The notes beneath the pieces were generated by a model that saw only the letters and a program-made list of their open reading frames with translations, ran no database searches and was not told the DNA's origin. 64,000 nucleotides of DNA, taken from the NCBI GenBank assembly GCA_052426225.1, contig JBNJNM010000010.1:558001-622000 (forward strand), written 5' to 3'. Position 1 is the stretch's first letter. Every line of letters begins with the position of its first letter. This DNA is from Zancudomyces culisetae HAW-14-8 (Eukaryota; Fungi; Kickxellomycota). Below are positions 13,304 through 26,294 of the stretch, piece by piece. The translations under genes were made by a program, and so were the position numbers.

Positions 13304-16300
13304 ATGAAAGATTCTCAAGACTTTCAAAACACCGCCTTTTATAAGGAAATTGATGAACAAAGTTATATTCGGAAACAACATCAGGTTTATAAAGAAAATA
13401 CTAAGCGGAAAAGAGTAGGAATAGTCGGAAGAGGATTTGACGATGTTACAAGGACAGGAATAGTAAGCAAGCGGATAAATTCTAGGCAGTATACAAATGG
13501 AGCTGGAGCGGGCCAAGGTGGAGACAAAAAAGCAGATACACATTCCATAAGAACCGGGGTGGAATCCAGTAGAGAGGGTGGGGAGAGTGCATACAGCACC
13601 AAACATACAGGAGGGCTTGATAGCGAGGATGACTGGGATGAATTGGATATTGATTTCGATTCAGAGGTGCTGAAAAAGGTGGCGGAGACTGAAGAGCAAT
13701 ACTATGCTTCACAAATAGAAAATAGCGCAAGCGGCAGTATGAGGGATAGAAAGTCGAGTTTGCATGAAAACTTAGTAGGCGCAGAAGGACAAGGAACAGA
13801 ACATTCAACGGGCATGGAAAATAGAGCGACGGAGGCACAAGATACACCAGAAGTTGTAAAACGACAGGATGTTGGAGCTGCAAGGCACAAAGTGCTCATG
13901 GAAAAGATCTCTGTAGGGGTAGGGAAAGAAAATAGCATTGAAACCCAAACGTATGTAGATCACAGACAAGGGATACAAAGGGAATTGGTTGGTTTTAGTA
14001 AAAGAGCTGATGAACTTAAAGAAACGTGTAAAACAGTAGAGGATAAAACGAAGGAAAGGATTATAGAGGGTCTACAGCGAGAAATTGAAAAGATAGTTAA
14101 AGAGAAGGAGCAGAGCGTGCACAAGTTGGAGGAATTGAAAAAGGAGGTAGGTGTTAAAACAGGGGAGGTGGAGACTGTGAGGCGGAGGTTGTATAAAGTG
14201 GAGGAGGAAAACGTAAAACTTCAAGAGCAGTTGGCTAACAAGACGCAACAGGCAATAAGTGAAAAAAAGAGTATTGAGGAAAAGTACAATAACCAAACCC
14301 AAGCTCTAAGGACCGAATTGGAATTCCATAAACACGAAGTGGAGTTGAAAGGAATGTCAAGAAAGAGTACGAAAAAGCAAAATGTCTCTAATAATAGCAG
14401 CAACAGTACAAATTTTGGTGGTAATAATAATGGTAATGGTAATGGTAGTGGAGGTGGAGGTGGAGATGTGGATGGATTTGGGTTTGGTGGGTTTGATGGA
14501 TTCGACGGATTTGGATTTAAAGCTAGGGAAAGAAGGTTTGATATGGAGTTTAAAACAAAAACACAAACACAAACACAAACACCAAAGCCAGGAGAAAAAA
14601 ACGATAAAATTGGCCGAAAAGCGGGTGTTGGGGCTGTCACAAAGAATAGAGAATTAAGCAGAGAGTGTGAGGCGGAGGAAGTATCGATCTATGGCGAAGA
14701 GCATATAAAAAAGTATATAGACCTGGTGAAAAAGAAGACAGAAAATAAAGATAGGCGATACATGTATCTAGGGATAGCGATATGTAAAGCAGCAAAATCA
14801 ACTACAGAAGGAAAGGGTGGAGTCCAATACGATGTTGATAGTAACACTGGTATAGCTGAAGATACACGAGCGGACGGTGCGAGAAATAAGAAAGGCAAGG
14901 GTAAACTCAATACCAGTAATGAAGCAATAAAGGATTTCCAGCTAACTTATGTCAACATCATTAACGGAGAGAGTTCTTTAGAAAGTGATGAGTGTGTTTA
15001 TTTTATGCTGATAAAAGGAGTTGAGTATTTTCCAGAGACATTTCAACAAGTGATATTTCAGAACAAGGTGAGTGGACAAATACCGCAGCTTATTGTAATA
15101 GTTATACAGGAAATAATCAAGGATAAGAGCAGGGGTGTAGTGATAGAGTTTCTAGGCAGGCTGATTGGGTTATTAAACACGATGGTACCATTAGCTGAGG
15201 AAAACGGTGATGGTGAATTGAGTACGGCAGAAAAGGGTGGAGAGAGACAAGGTAGAAAAAAAGAGAGTGGGGATGATGATGTAGGCAGGGATACACTAGA
15301 AATGAGAAACACACTAATTTTTAGGTATGTGATACAACAGCTGAGCCTAAAGACAATTATAAGCAGCATTTCATCAAGTAACGTGGAATCGATACTGGGT
15401 TTAATGGCAATGCTGATAAACAGTCAAGAGTATTTTGAGCATTTCACAGAAAACAAACAGGACATAATGAAGTATTTGGTGTGTATGGAGCCATATCTTT
15501 TTGCTTTACCCGAAACCAAAGTTGACAGCAGTAGCAGCAACAAACTGTGCAAAAATAGCTGTTCAGAAAACTTTCTAAAGTTCATAGCTACAATAATTGT
15601 GAAATTTGATTCGAATATTTACAAAACTAGAATTGTTGGTAACTACGTGCTAGTCAAGATGATTATCAGGATTTTAATTACAGGCCACAACCGGTTGATG
15701 GAGCACGAAACAGTCTATAGCACCAGTAGTGAGTGCTGCATCATCTCCGACTGTATCAAGTGCTTATCTGTCATATTTGCAATAAATTGTTTACCAAACA
15801 ACGAAATGCGCCAAAACCAGTGGTCTGAACAAGGCGCAAACTTAAGCAACACACGATCCCGTGCCTTTTTGGACAATTTGTTTGATAATTATGACAACGA
15901 AGTAGCCGACGACACGAATTATGACTCTATGTATGCCAAGACGCCAAATCTAGCATTGGTACCCTCAAATCCCTCAAATCCCTCAGGTCCATCAACCCCT
16001 TCAAACCACAACTCACTCAAGCCCGAATTCGACAATCCTTTGTTCTATTCATTTTTCGTGTGCTTGACACAGATTGCCAAGTGCCCCTTATACCTAAAGC
16101 TGTATTATAAAGACCAGGCTGAGCTGACAAAAATTCTAGGTAATTGATTTTCTTACTCATTCAATATATCTTTTCTTTCTTCATGACCATCAAACTCTGA
16201 TGTTATATATATTTACTTTAAACTTGGAATATTTTTATTGCACTGAAAACATAACAACTGTAAAAAAAAAAAAACTACTATGCTTGATAGACCTAACCGA

Positions 16301-16325
16301 AGAGCTAATATCATACACCCTCTAA
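13304..16325 (+). CDS. ATRIP/Rad26/Lcd1-like ATR checkpoint kinase partner
   Basis: Acidic motif 'DDWDELDIDFDSEVLKKVAETEEQYYASQ', then a coiled coil 'KTGEVETVRRRL...LRTELEFHKHE' (ATRIP-like GEI..LR / LQSELQFK pattern), then a helical C-terminal region. A probable last intron at 16140-16290 adds the exon 'DLTEELISYTL*'. Confidence 0.65.
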
Positions 16326-16382
16326 TATGACATTATTCCACTTGGCCTTGGTCTTTTTTATTGTATTTACTTTTACCACTTG

Positions 16383-17796
16383 TTATGCTTTTCTTCTTCT
16401 ATTGTTACTGTTAGCACCGGCATTGTGGCTAGCACCATGGACTGGTCCCGCATTTCCTGGTCCTCTACGCTCCAAGATTATTAGCTTGTGGGTGCTGTCA
16501 TTGTCCCATTCAACGTGCAACTCTTTTAATTCTAATGCTTTATTTCTTGCTGCAACGTCTTCAAAGTATATTACTGCGTTTCCAGAGCCCAAAAACTCAA
16601 TTCCGTTGACAATGGCTCTAAACTTGTCCTCAAACGCCTTCTTAATGTACTCATAGTCCATCTTATATGGAATTGCCTTAACATAAACAGGGTGTCCTTG
16701 GGCCTGTTGTGGTACCTTCTTTTTCTTCTTGGCTGCTGCAATAGATGCTTGCTCGTCTACTGTGCTCGCTACAGCCTTTCCAGGCACTGATCCTACCGCT
16801 ACTTCCACTGTTGATTTGTTAGCTCCCCATTTTGCTGAGTTTGTTGCTGCCAGTGACGCCCATGTTTTTGGTCCCTTTGGTTGTGGAGGTTCTTGCTGCA
16901 CCTGCACTTGCGCTTGCACCTGCTTCGTTTGTTGTTGTTGTTGTTGTTGTTGCAATGCTGGTGTTGGTGCTGCTTTTTGCTGTTGCTCCTTCTTCTCTCC
17001 TTGTTGTTCGTGTTGTTCGCGCTTTTCTACCTGTGGCTGTTTCTTTTTTGGAACCTCTTTTTCGCTCTTTGCCTTTTTTTGTTGCTCCTCCTTTTCAACA
17101 ACAGGCTTTGCCTCTTCCTTTGGTTTCTCAACGCCGTTTACCTTTTGTTCAGCAGCCTTTTCCTTTTCCTTTTGATTTTCTGGATTTGCCTCCACTGCCG
17201 CTACTTTTTGTTCAGCTGCCGTCATCTCTGCCTGTGGCTCAGTCCCCTGAGTCACAGCTGCCTCTTCTGTCTCTCCGCTATCCTTCAGGTATCTAAACAC
17301 ATCTCCGCTACAATAATACCCTCCCTCTCCGCTCTTGAGCAGCATGAAAGAATGTACAAATCTTTTTACTGGCATATCAAGATTTCCCATTTCTCCAATA
17401 GTTTGTATCATTATGTTTCCATTTGATACTTCCACACTGTCTATGTTTGTCAAGCGCACTTTGCTCTTGTTGAAATCGCTCTTTGTATACATTTTGTGTA
17501 TATCCTATTTTGTTTTGTTTTAATTTTTTAAAAATAATTGATTAAAATGTACGTCTATGTTCACACTCCTCTGCATTCTACACCCGAAAACTCAGTATAA
17601 TCCCATCTTTGGAATCCGCTCTTACCTCATTTCCTACCGATGCTGCGACCTTTTCTCCCTCCTTTCCATGGATGCTGCTGGATGCCTCATTGTAAAAACA
17701 ATGCATCACTGTTTTGTCCTCATTCAATTGCGTGTAGAATTGTCGAACAAAGAACATGCCGATTTCCTCTGCCTTAATTTGTTGCTCCTCCATCAT
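16383..17796 (-). CDS. G3BP/Nxt3/Bre5-like NTF2 + RRM RNA-binding protein (2 exons)
   Basis: NTF2 domain split by an intron ('IGMFFVRQFYTQLNED...FY', 'KRFVHSFML...YYCSGDVFRYL'), conserved 'PKTWASLAA' motif and a C-terminal RRM-like region 'VYVKAIP...AVIYFED'. Confidence 0.9.
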
Positions 17797-18762
17797 TTTT
17801 CCCTTCTTCTTTTGGTCTGCCGTTGTATTTTATTTTATTTTATTTATTTTTACTTGGATTTGTTATTGCATTAAACAGGTTTAATGCGCTTGCGTAATTT
17901 ACCTTTTACAAAAAAAATTTCTTATTACCAAAATAAAAAAATTTTAGGCTTTATTTACGTGATAATATTGTTATTTGCCTATTTTGTTTTTGTTTTATTT
18001 ATTTTAGCATTTTAATTCAAATACCCACTGCATTACTGACACTTTATTAGCTTCTGGCTTGGAATGTAATGTGTTTATCCACTGTAATTTGCCAGATATT
18101 TTCAACACTCCGTTAAATGCCTATTTCTTTCTCATTCTGCAGAATAAAGTCACCACCCATTTTATTTTACTTGCAATTTCAAACTCAATATCTGTGTTCA
18201 CATTTTATGACTAAATCGACATTTGACAAACTAGATATCAAACAATCAAAACGAATATATTGATAATAAGTGATGAGCCTTAAAGCCCAATTAATCGAAG
18301 CAATTGTTTTAAATTTTCGACTTCAACAGCGTTCTCCATTTAATAAAGCCATGGAATGAGACTTTATCATGCTATATTTTTTGGTTTAATATCTCTACTC
18401 CATCTTTCCTAACTAATATACACACTATCATCAACTGATATTGCTCTTTTTTTGTGTGTGTGTGTGTGGAATTATTTGAGTGTATAACAAACCAAGACTA
18501 TTTTAAGGACATAACTCGATTCGTTTTTTTTTTCGAGTTTATCCTTTTCTTGTGATAATCCTGGTATGGCAATCAGTTTACCTTATTATTCCAATTATAT
18601 GATTTATATATTTCAACCTTTTATTTATGGTGAATTGACAGAGAACAAAAAAAAGTGTATTAAAAAGACTTAGGAGCCTCATAACTGCGATCATCCATCA
18701 ATTTGATACGATGGTAAAGTTGTAATAACAAAAAAAAACCAATATTATCGCAATATGTATTT

Positions 18763-20504
18763 CTATACTAAATATTGACTCTTGAGTTTTGTAATGTCTT
18801 TGTTGATACCGCTTGATTCGATTTCATCAATAATTTTGGTCAGCTCTATGTATAAATGGTTGTTTGTTAGATACAATGACAGATTTAAATAATAATAATA
18901 CGGAACAATATCTTTTGTCGCCGAAACCTACTTTGTTTGTTGGGTGTGCTCAGGAAAGTTAGTGCCAATCTGAATCTAGCAGTTATTGAGATTTCCTCAA
19001 GAACTTTACACGCAAACAAAACATTATCGCGTTTACTAGCTGGATCCCTATAAAATATAATTAATAAATTTTGTTCGTTATCTCTACTTAATGTGCAAAT
19101 AAATATTACAAATTATGTATTTTAGACTCTTTTTTTTAAAAAAAAAAAGTATAGAAGGTGAAGTGGGATAATTACGAGTTCTTGCAACACAGACTAAGTG
19201 CATCGATAATGCTGACTAAATGGCCTTCTTCAAAAGACGCTCCAAAGAGTTTGGGAAGTGATCCTTGAGGTATTTTCTATATTGTTGTTGGGTTCATTGT
19301 AAAGAATTGCTTCTGGGGGAAAAAAAAGTGAAATGGTAACGTAAAAGAGTTGGCTTGTCAAAATGGGAACAAAGCTGCAACATAGTGAACCCAAACTGAT
19401 TTCAACTCACCTTCAACAGCACAATAATATTGTTCGGGTCGTTTTTTGCCTCCTTCCAACACCTTTCAAACTCTAGTAATGATTTTGGTGGTTCTGGATC
19501 ATATACTCTCTTGATCTATATGATATAAAAATAATTTTCTTGGGTATTGAGTCAAAAGAAAGCGTAGCACACAGTTTGAGCACACAATAAATACCAAGAC
19601 TTACACTTAAAACTTTGCTCAGACTGTCTGGCTTCTCGTTCTTAACCACCTTGTTTCGAAATTCCAGTATATCCTTAGGAGTCTTGTTTATATCTAGGGT
19701 TTCTATGGGAATTTGCACCTTTTCTCTTTCTAATTCTGCCTATTTGCAACAACCACATCATATAGGTATAGTATACTAAAGGTTAAATGCTCCTCTTTTG
19801 ATATACATCGATTAAAATCAACACGGGATGTTTTAGTATAACAGATGATCAACTGTAATAACATCCTTGTTTACAAAGAAAAATCCATCAAAATACTGAA
19901 CAGCAAATACACAAGGCGTTGTCAAATAAAGGAGGAGAAGCAGCTTACAATTATGCCCTGTACTTTTTCTAGTTCCGATTTTATATTTTTGTTTCCTGGT
20001 TCGATACGCAACGCCCTTTCTAGATCAATCTGTGCTTCCTCAAAGTATTTTAAACCCTCGAGTGCCATTGCTCGCCGATATAGCGCCTTTACATTATTTC
20101 CGTCGGTTTTCAATACGGTGCTACAATCCTTCTCAGCTTGATCGTATCTAGTTTTAATAAGTATTTATCTTGTATAAATATGTTCTTTTGCATTTGCTGC
20201 TTGTGTATTGGTAATTTCCACCTACTTTTCGAGTTTCAAAAGTGACATTGCCCGATTCAAATAGTAAACATTATTTCCTGGTGCAATTTTTATACTCCTT
20301 GAGTAATGCTCTATTGCTTCTGTGTACTTTCCTTGCTTGAATTTCTCATTTCCCTATAAATTAAGCATGGAATTGTGAACTTTTAAATTGTTGCGTTTAG
20401 TATATCCTTATCTCTCACTTAAAAAAAAAACAAGAACATGAAATAACGCTAGAAAACAGTATTTTTACCAATGCTTTTTCAACCTCTGCACCTTGGTGAT
20501 CCAT
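18763..20504 (-). CDS. RPAP3/Spag1-like TPR co-chaperone with RPAP3 C-terminal domain (multi-exon)
   Basis: Assembled by eye. MDHQGAEVEKAL|GNEKFKQGKYTEAIEHYSRSIKIAPGNNVYYLNRAMSLLKLEK|YDQAEKDCSTVLKTDGNNVKALYRRA is a carboxylate-clamp TPR. Later exons 'EFERCWKEAK', 'IPQGSLPKLFGASFE' and 'ARFRLALTFLS' match the RPAP3_C pattern. Stop TAG at 18765-18763. Confidence 0.75.
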
Positions 20505-21155
20505 TTTCTATTGTACAGCTTTAATTCGTTTTACTCTTTCTCTAAAATTTGTTTATTTTTGTACCTGTATTTATATATTTTTTCACTGCTAATTTTCCAA
20601 ATTGATCTTTTAAACACAAATCCACAGCCCAAATCAGGGTTACGACTCAATGCTGCAGGTGTAAGGCTGAGCCAATAAAATACATCATACAAAAAATATT
20701 TCCACAATTTTTTGTGTTTGTTTTGTTCAAATTCAAGTATATTCAGCTTGGACTGTAGAAAGAACCTAGGTGAAGTACGAATCCCTTCCATTACAAAAGA
20801 GAGAGCTTTAGAGATGCACCATGGGAAGTTTTCTATTATCCAAAAAAGACTAGAGTTAGAATTCCACACATCCAACTTTGTGTATTCGGGCAATAGCCAT
20901 CAACACAGAACTGGTGAGTAAAAAAAGTATAAAAAATTTACACTGATGGTTGGTATTGTTGTTGGAAATTTTTATTTATTTGAAAGATCATAAGCAAACG
21001 AGTGCAGAATAATGGTTTAAAGCACATTTGGTTCGTTAGTTTTGATTAATTCTACTGATATGACATGCACTGCTATACTACTTTTGGTACGCAATTAATA
21101 AAAGGAAAAGAAATAAGAAAAACCACAAAGTAGCACTTTAGTGTTATAAAAACTA

Positions 21156-22214
21156 CTAGTAATCTGCTGGTTGTGTTGACCATAAACATATTTTTCCATC
21201 CTCTCCACCAGTAATAACCTTGTAGTTTATGAAATCACAATCTATGCAGCGAACAATATCATTATGCCCTCCCTCAAGCGACAGTACTTTCTCGTATCCT
21301 GAAACTCCAACATTAAGGAAGTGAGCTCTACCCTCAAAATCGCCAACACAGAGAAAGAGACGGGTCATTGACGAATCAAACAGACAATCAATCGAATAGT
21401 CTACGGTGGTGTTTAGAAGGTTGGCTGTAAACGGGCTTTGTTCGCCGATTCGTCCATAATCTGAAATCAAAGTCCCATCAAGCGACCATAATGATAAGTT
21501 ATCCATATCACTTAGAGAATAAATAAAGTCGTCGTTTTGCCCAAAATATGATGATTTTTGAACGGATACATTCGTGTTGCAGCTGAATTGCATCGAATCG
21601 TCTTCATTGAACTCCTTTTCAATGTCGTATGTACATATCAACCCGTCGGTTGAAGCTGATAAAAATACATTTTTGTTGGTAGAATGACATTTGACCTGCG
21701 TAATGTCGTTGCTGTGTGTATCCAGAAATATATTCATTTCTGCTGGTGTATTTCGCAGATCCCAAAACATAAGAGCCACCTGAAAATCTTCCAACCTTTT
21801 ACCAGAAAAAGCCAATGAGTTGGACCCACTAGAAGCCTTTAGGCGCTTAGTATCTACTTGTTCGGTACCTGCTATCAAGATCTGCTCGTCACAACTTGTA
21901 TCAAAGGAAAGGATAGGAAGAATCGATTTTATTTCCTGGACAGGAACGCGGTTTGCTGATCGAATATCCCAAACCCGTATACCGTCATTTCCACTGGTTA
22001 TAAATATATTGTCGTTTTGTTTTTTGACACTTGTGATTGTGCTATTTTGCGCCCCAATAAAGTTTTTCTCTGCTAGTTGTTCATAATCGTAGAGTCTAAT
22101 TTCATTCAGCGAATTTGTCGATAGGATCCCTGAACTTGTTCCATGGATAGTTTGTACATAACAAACGTTTCCCTGGGTATCCCTAGGAATTTCTATTCCA
22201 CCCACGCAGTTCAT
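21156..22214 (-). CDS. WDR89: WD repeat protein WDR89-like
   Basis: 352-aa single-exon WD40 ORF with 'HSNDITQVKCH...FLSASTDGLICTYD' and 'GGHNDIVRC...ITGGEDGKICLW'. Confidence 0.8.
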   Translation of the reverse strand: MNCVGGIEIPRDTQGNVCYVQTIHGTSSGILSTNSLNEIRLYDYEQLAEKNFIGAQNSTITSVKKQNDNIFITSGNDGIRVWDIRSANRVPVQEIKSILPILSFDTSCDEQILIAGTEQVDTKRLKASSGSNSLAFSGKRLEDFQVALMFWDLRNTPAEMNIFLDTHSNDITQVKCHSTNKNVFLSASTDGLICTYDIEKEFNEDDSMQFSCNTNVSVQKSSYFGQNDDFIYSLSDMDNLSLWSLDGTLISDYGRIGEQSPFTANLLNTTVDYSIDCLFDSSMTRLFLCVGDFEGRAHFLNVGVSGYEKVLSLEGGHNDIVRCIDCDFINYKVITGGEDGKICLWSTQPADY

Positions 22215-22606
22215 TAAAATCTATGGTTGCTTGTTTCAAATATATACTTTGGTTTTTTATAGTAACCCTCAATTGCAGCCCTGGAAGATATCATCAGGGA
22301 TTATAGGCAAACTCGGATTTTTTTTATTTTTTGTAGCAGAAAATTTTTTTTTTCGATTTGATGGCCTAATTCGCCAACATTGCCAATTACAATGATTTGT
22401 GCTTTATTTCAATTTTTGCTTTTTTTCGCTGCTATTTTTTGTGGTGAGTATTAGCGCTTTCCAAACTTGGTTGCATCGAATCGTTATCTAGCCATTATTT
22501 CAAAATACTAAAAAGCTGAAATATTTGTAGAAAATCTTGTTGACAAATTTGTTTAAATTTCTAAATATTCTGTAAAATCTAACACTAGAATTAAAAAGAC
22601 AGCAGC

Positions 22607-22996
22607 ATGTCCCTAGCAGAAAGAGTTCTAAAAATACGAAGAGTTCGGGGCTGGCAATTGGATCAGGAGGGATTGCTAGGCGGAAAAAAAATACAATTCG
22701 GAAACAACAATCCCAAATGGAAGCACAAAACTCCACGACTTTGGCTTCCGAATGTTCAATTTGTCAAATTATACTCAGAAGCACTAGATGAAGTTATGAG
22801 AATAAAAGTAACTACCAGCGTATTGAGGACAATAACCAAGAAAGGTGGGTTAGATCAGTATCTATTGACTACCAAAGACGAAAAAATCGGAAGCAAATTG
22901 GGATTAGAACTCAAAGAATCGATCAAAAAGGCTTTAGCTGTAAAAAACTCACAAAGCAAAATTTTAACTGAGCTGGCAGCCGGGAAAAACAAATGA
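22607..22996 (+). CDS. MRPL24: Mitochondrial ribosomal protein bL28m
   Basis: L28 signature 'GLLGGKKIQFGNN...KTPRLWLPNVQ...LYSEALD...IKVTTSVLRTITKKGGLDQYLL'. Confidence 0.92.
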   Translation: MSLAERVLKIRRVRGWQLDQEGLLGGKKIQFGNNNPKWKHKTPRLWLPNVQFVKLYSEALDEVMRIKVTTSVLRTITKKGGLDQYLLTTKDEKIGSKLGLELKESIKKALAVKNSQSKILTELAAGKNK

Positions 22997-23528
22997 GTCT
23001 TGTTTTACTTGTGACCGATAAATTTTCTGCCATATATAACTTTTTGTGTTTTATACCTATACTTTTTTTAATATTATATACATATCCGCTAAACAATGTT
23101 TATTGTTTTCACTGCTTACGCTGTTGTCTGTTTGATAAATAAAAATAATTAAAGGCAAATGGACATGGTTGCATATTTCCAGAATTAAGGCAGTTTGGAG
23201 AGATTTTTTATCAACATTTTTCAAGGATAAGTGAGCTCGTTGGATACTTGTATTAGTTTTTGCCTGGTAAGCCGAATGTTTTATTAGTTACTATACATGG
23301 TTTAGACGAATGTTACACCACACACTTTTTGTATTCGCTATTCACTTTGTAATCTGATTCAAATGGAAAACGGTTATACAAAAATAACTAAAACTAAAAA
23401 CTAAAAACTAAATCGGTTTATAGGGTATATGAAATTTTGTCAGGTGCACCCACTATGTTATATCTGAACGTTGGCTGACAGATTCTTACGAGTGTGTGCT
23501 CTATATGAAAAATAGCAGCTAGCCTGCA

Positions 23529-26294
23529 TTAATCGATGCAAAGCCTGAGCCTTTGAAATAGGGTTCTTCCAACACCATCATAGAACATGGCCATGATATC
23601 CACCAGCTCGGGAATTAACATACTCAACTCCTAATGTCAAAACAGGCAAATTTAGCAATAAATAAAAAATATTATACTGTAGTTGTTCTAGTTTCAAAGC
23701 AAAGAAAAAGTAACCAACCTCGATTTTGCATCTTGAATTTACGAATTCAATTTTTTTATTGCGCAGTATTAAAAGATCGTCATTATCCAAACGACTACTA
23801 TCCAACCCTGGCTTAAAATCTAAAGAATCCTCGGTCTTATCCCTGAATACTACGGCGCCAGTAGCATCAGGAATGAATGATGTAAACGATGGATGCTTCT
23901 CCATCAACTCCTGACATTTCTCAAAGTCTACCCATGTTGATGTTATCTATTATCGCAAAAATAATTCGTAAAATATAATTGTACCCGAAATAATATGATA
24001 AAGTAATGCCACCTCCTCTCCAACACCCTCATTCACTTACCACGTCAAGTAGCTCCGCTGGTCTATAACTTCCTTTGTATCGCATTTTGGTGCATGTAGG
24101 TATATAATATCCTATATATTTACTATGTAAATGAGTAAATGAATTTACAAACATCCAAATATCTAAATACTGGATATAACTGTGAGTCTTACCCATGTAA
24201 TAATATTGTAGATCAGGTAAATATTCAGAGAGTTTTTGAGTTAATCCCACCTCTCGCAAGGCGCTGAATGAGCCGAGAGAAATCATAGAATATTTGGGAT
24301 CATAAAAAAAGTATATGGATGAAACACATTTTGGAAGAATATCCAAAACACCCACAGCAATTAGCTTTTCATCAAGGTAGTATAGCTGATGGTATGCACC
24401 ATATTCTTTGACCGGACAGTCCTCTGGAACATTTTCCATCACCTTTTTCTATAAACATACCAGTAAAATCATTTAGTTTTCGGCAAATGAGGGGCCTAGC
24501 AATTAAATATTTTTTTCTATATAGCTATAGTAATATCTGTTAAAGAAAAAAAAAACAATAGAACAAAGAACAACTCCCATTACCTCAAACGGATTTAGAC
24601 ACAAAAAGTTGTGAAAACGAGATCTGTTGAGAGAGTCGTAGCTTTCTTTATGTATTTCGTGCTGGTATTCTCGAAAAATCAAGTATTTTTCTTCAGAATA
24701 GCCGGCAACCTCCAACTTCACCTATTTAATTGTACCATATACAATTTATTAGCAACCATCTGCGCCCTTTTTTTTCTACCTTGTTTTTGGTGTTTTTATT
24801 TTTTAATGGATATTGCAGTTGATTGGGGGGGAAGAGTGTTTTAATTCCCAAACTATTATTTGACTCGATGTTTTAAACAATCAATGAACATAAAACTAAT
24901 TGTTTCTTTTATTGGTATTTTTTAATGTAGATCATATCTTTGATTATTATTTTGTCCCCATTAATAGTCCAATGATTTTAAGAAAATATAAATGAATCAG
25001 AATTTTCCTGCTAACCTGTGCTGGACTTATCTTGAGCCAAAAACAGAGCCTCGAAGACTCAACTTTAATTGCAGTTAATAAACAGTTTAGATTAATGCTT
25101 ACTTTTAATTTCCTTTTTGCGTATTCGCAATTCTCTTGGTCATATGCTGATGTAATCACATCCATTTTTAGCTTGGGAATTTTTGTTCTATTTTTCATCA
25201 CAGAGATTAGATCCGTTTTTATATAAAGAGATAAATAACTATTGCTGATAAAATCCAATCCAATTCACTTTTCCACTTTTAGATATTCCATGCTTAGAAA
25301 TACAAAATTGGTACCTCAAGAGGAGCGAATGAAGCAGAAAAAAATAGAACAACTATTATAACTAGTGCAAGACTATTATCTCAATACCGAACTTACTCTT
25401 TTTCGTCAACGTTGCTAGCAGGGACTTCATCTGAATTTTCGCCATCAAGAATATATTTTTTTAGCCTTCTCATGGTTTTTTTGTGTCTCCTCGAATAATC
25501 GAAATCGTTGGCAAGGCATCTAGATTTTACAGTAATATTGTTAAAAACGTTTACACTTACTTTAAACTTTTTCAAAAATAAATGAATAAAACTCAACTAT
25601 TACTTTCTCGTATAACAATGTAAAAAATGTTGATAGTTATACAAATAAATCTTTAAAATCCACCAACCTTATAGTATAGTATGGGCAACAGCAAGCACTA
25701 AAATCAATCTTGTATATCATGGACCCCGATCTATAGTTAATAGTTCATATTCAATATTTGCTTGGTTTATCTAGCTTTTACTCTTACTCCAAAAAAGCTG
25801 TTTTATTTGTAAACAAAACACCTTAGAATACGTAACCCATTTACCTTCTCCACCCTCTGTCAATGAATACTTGGTAGTCCTAAAATTATCGTTTCATAAT
25901 TAAAGCTCAAGTTATTAGTCCAACCTTTTTTTTTCTTTAACCGACATATATAACTGTCTTTTTCCACATAAATACACAAATATTAATTCATATGTAATAG
26001 AGTTCTCATGGAGCTTGTAGTAAAGCATAATTATATTAGAAGGGTTAGTTTCATTTAGCAATCCATATAAATAAATAATATATATAGTTTTAGTACCTCG
26101 ACTGTCAAACTATTTGCCACGGTTCCAAAAAGTCCACCACGCTCAATTTTTTTACAATACCCGCACCTTGATCCCGTGTGCAGGCCTTTTACAGAAATTG
26201 TACTATAATATCCATTATTCTCTTCGATGTCACTGTCGGTATCACTGTCACCTGTACCACACCTGGTGGTATTTTCTATTGAATTGCTGTCCAT
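23529..26294 (-). CDS. ATE1: Arginyl-tRNA--protein transferase (about 9 exons)
   Basis: Exons carry 'CGYCK', 'YQVFIDRGWRR|SG..IYK...CCPYYTIR', 'FREYQHEIH', 'YGAYHQLYYLDEKLIAVGVLDILPKCVSSIYFFYDP', 'YYYMG|YYIPTCTKMRYKGSYRPAELL'. The last exon is 'ELSMLIPELVDIMAMFYDGVGRTLFQRLRLCID*', with TAA at 23531-23529. Confidence 0.93.

Noticed and set aside
20531-20893. 120-aa ORF between the RPAP3-like gene and WDR89
   Set aside because: Non-ATG start, no recognisable motif, and it lies in the expected promoter/terminator space.
24947-25290. In-frame TGA before ORF 24947-25258 as possible selenocysteine or readthrough in ATE1
   Set aside because: The TGA falls in an intron. A phase-compatible acceptor (caatag) and donor (GTAAGC near 25102) give a normal ATE1 exon without it.
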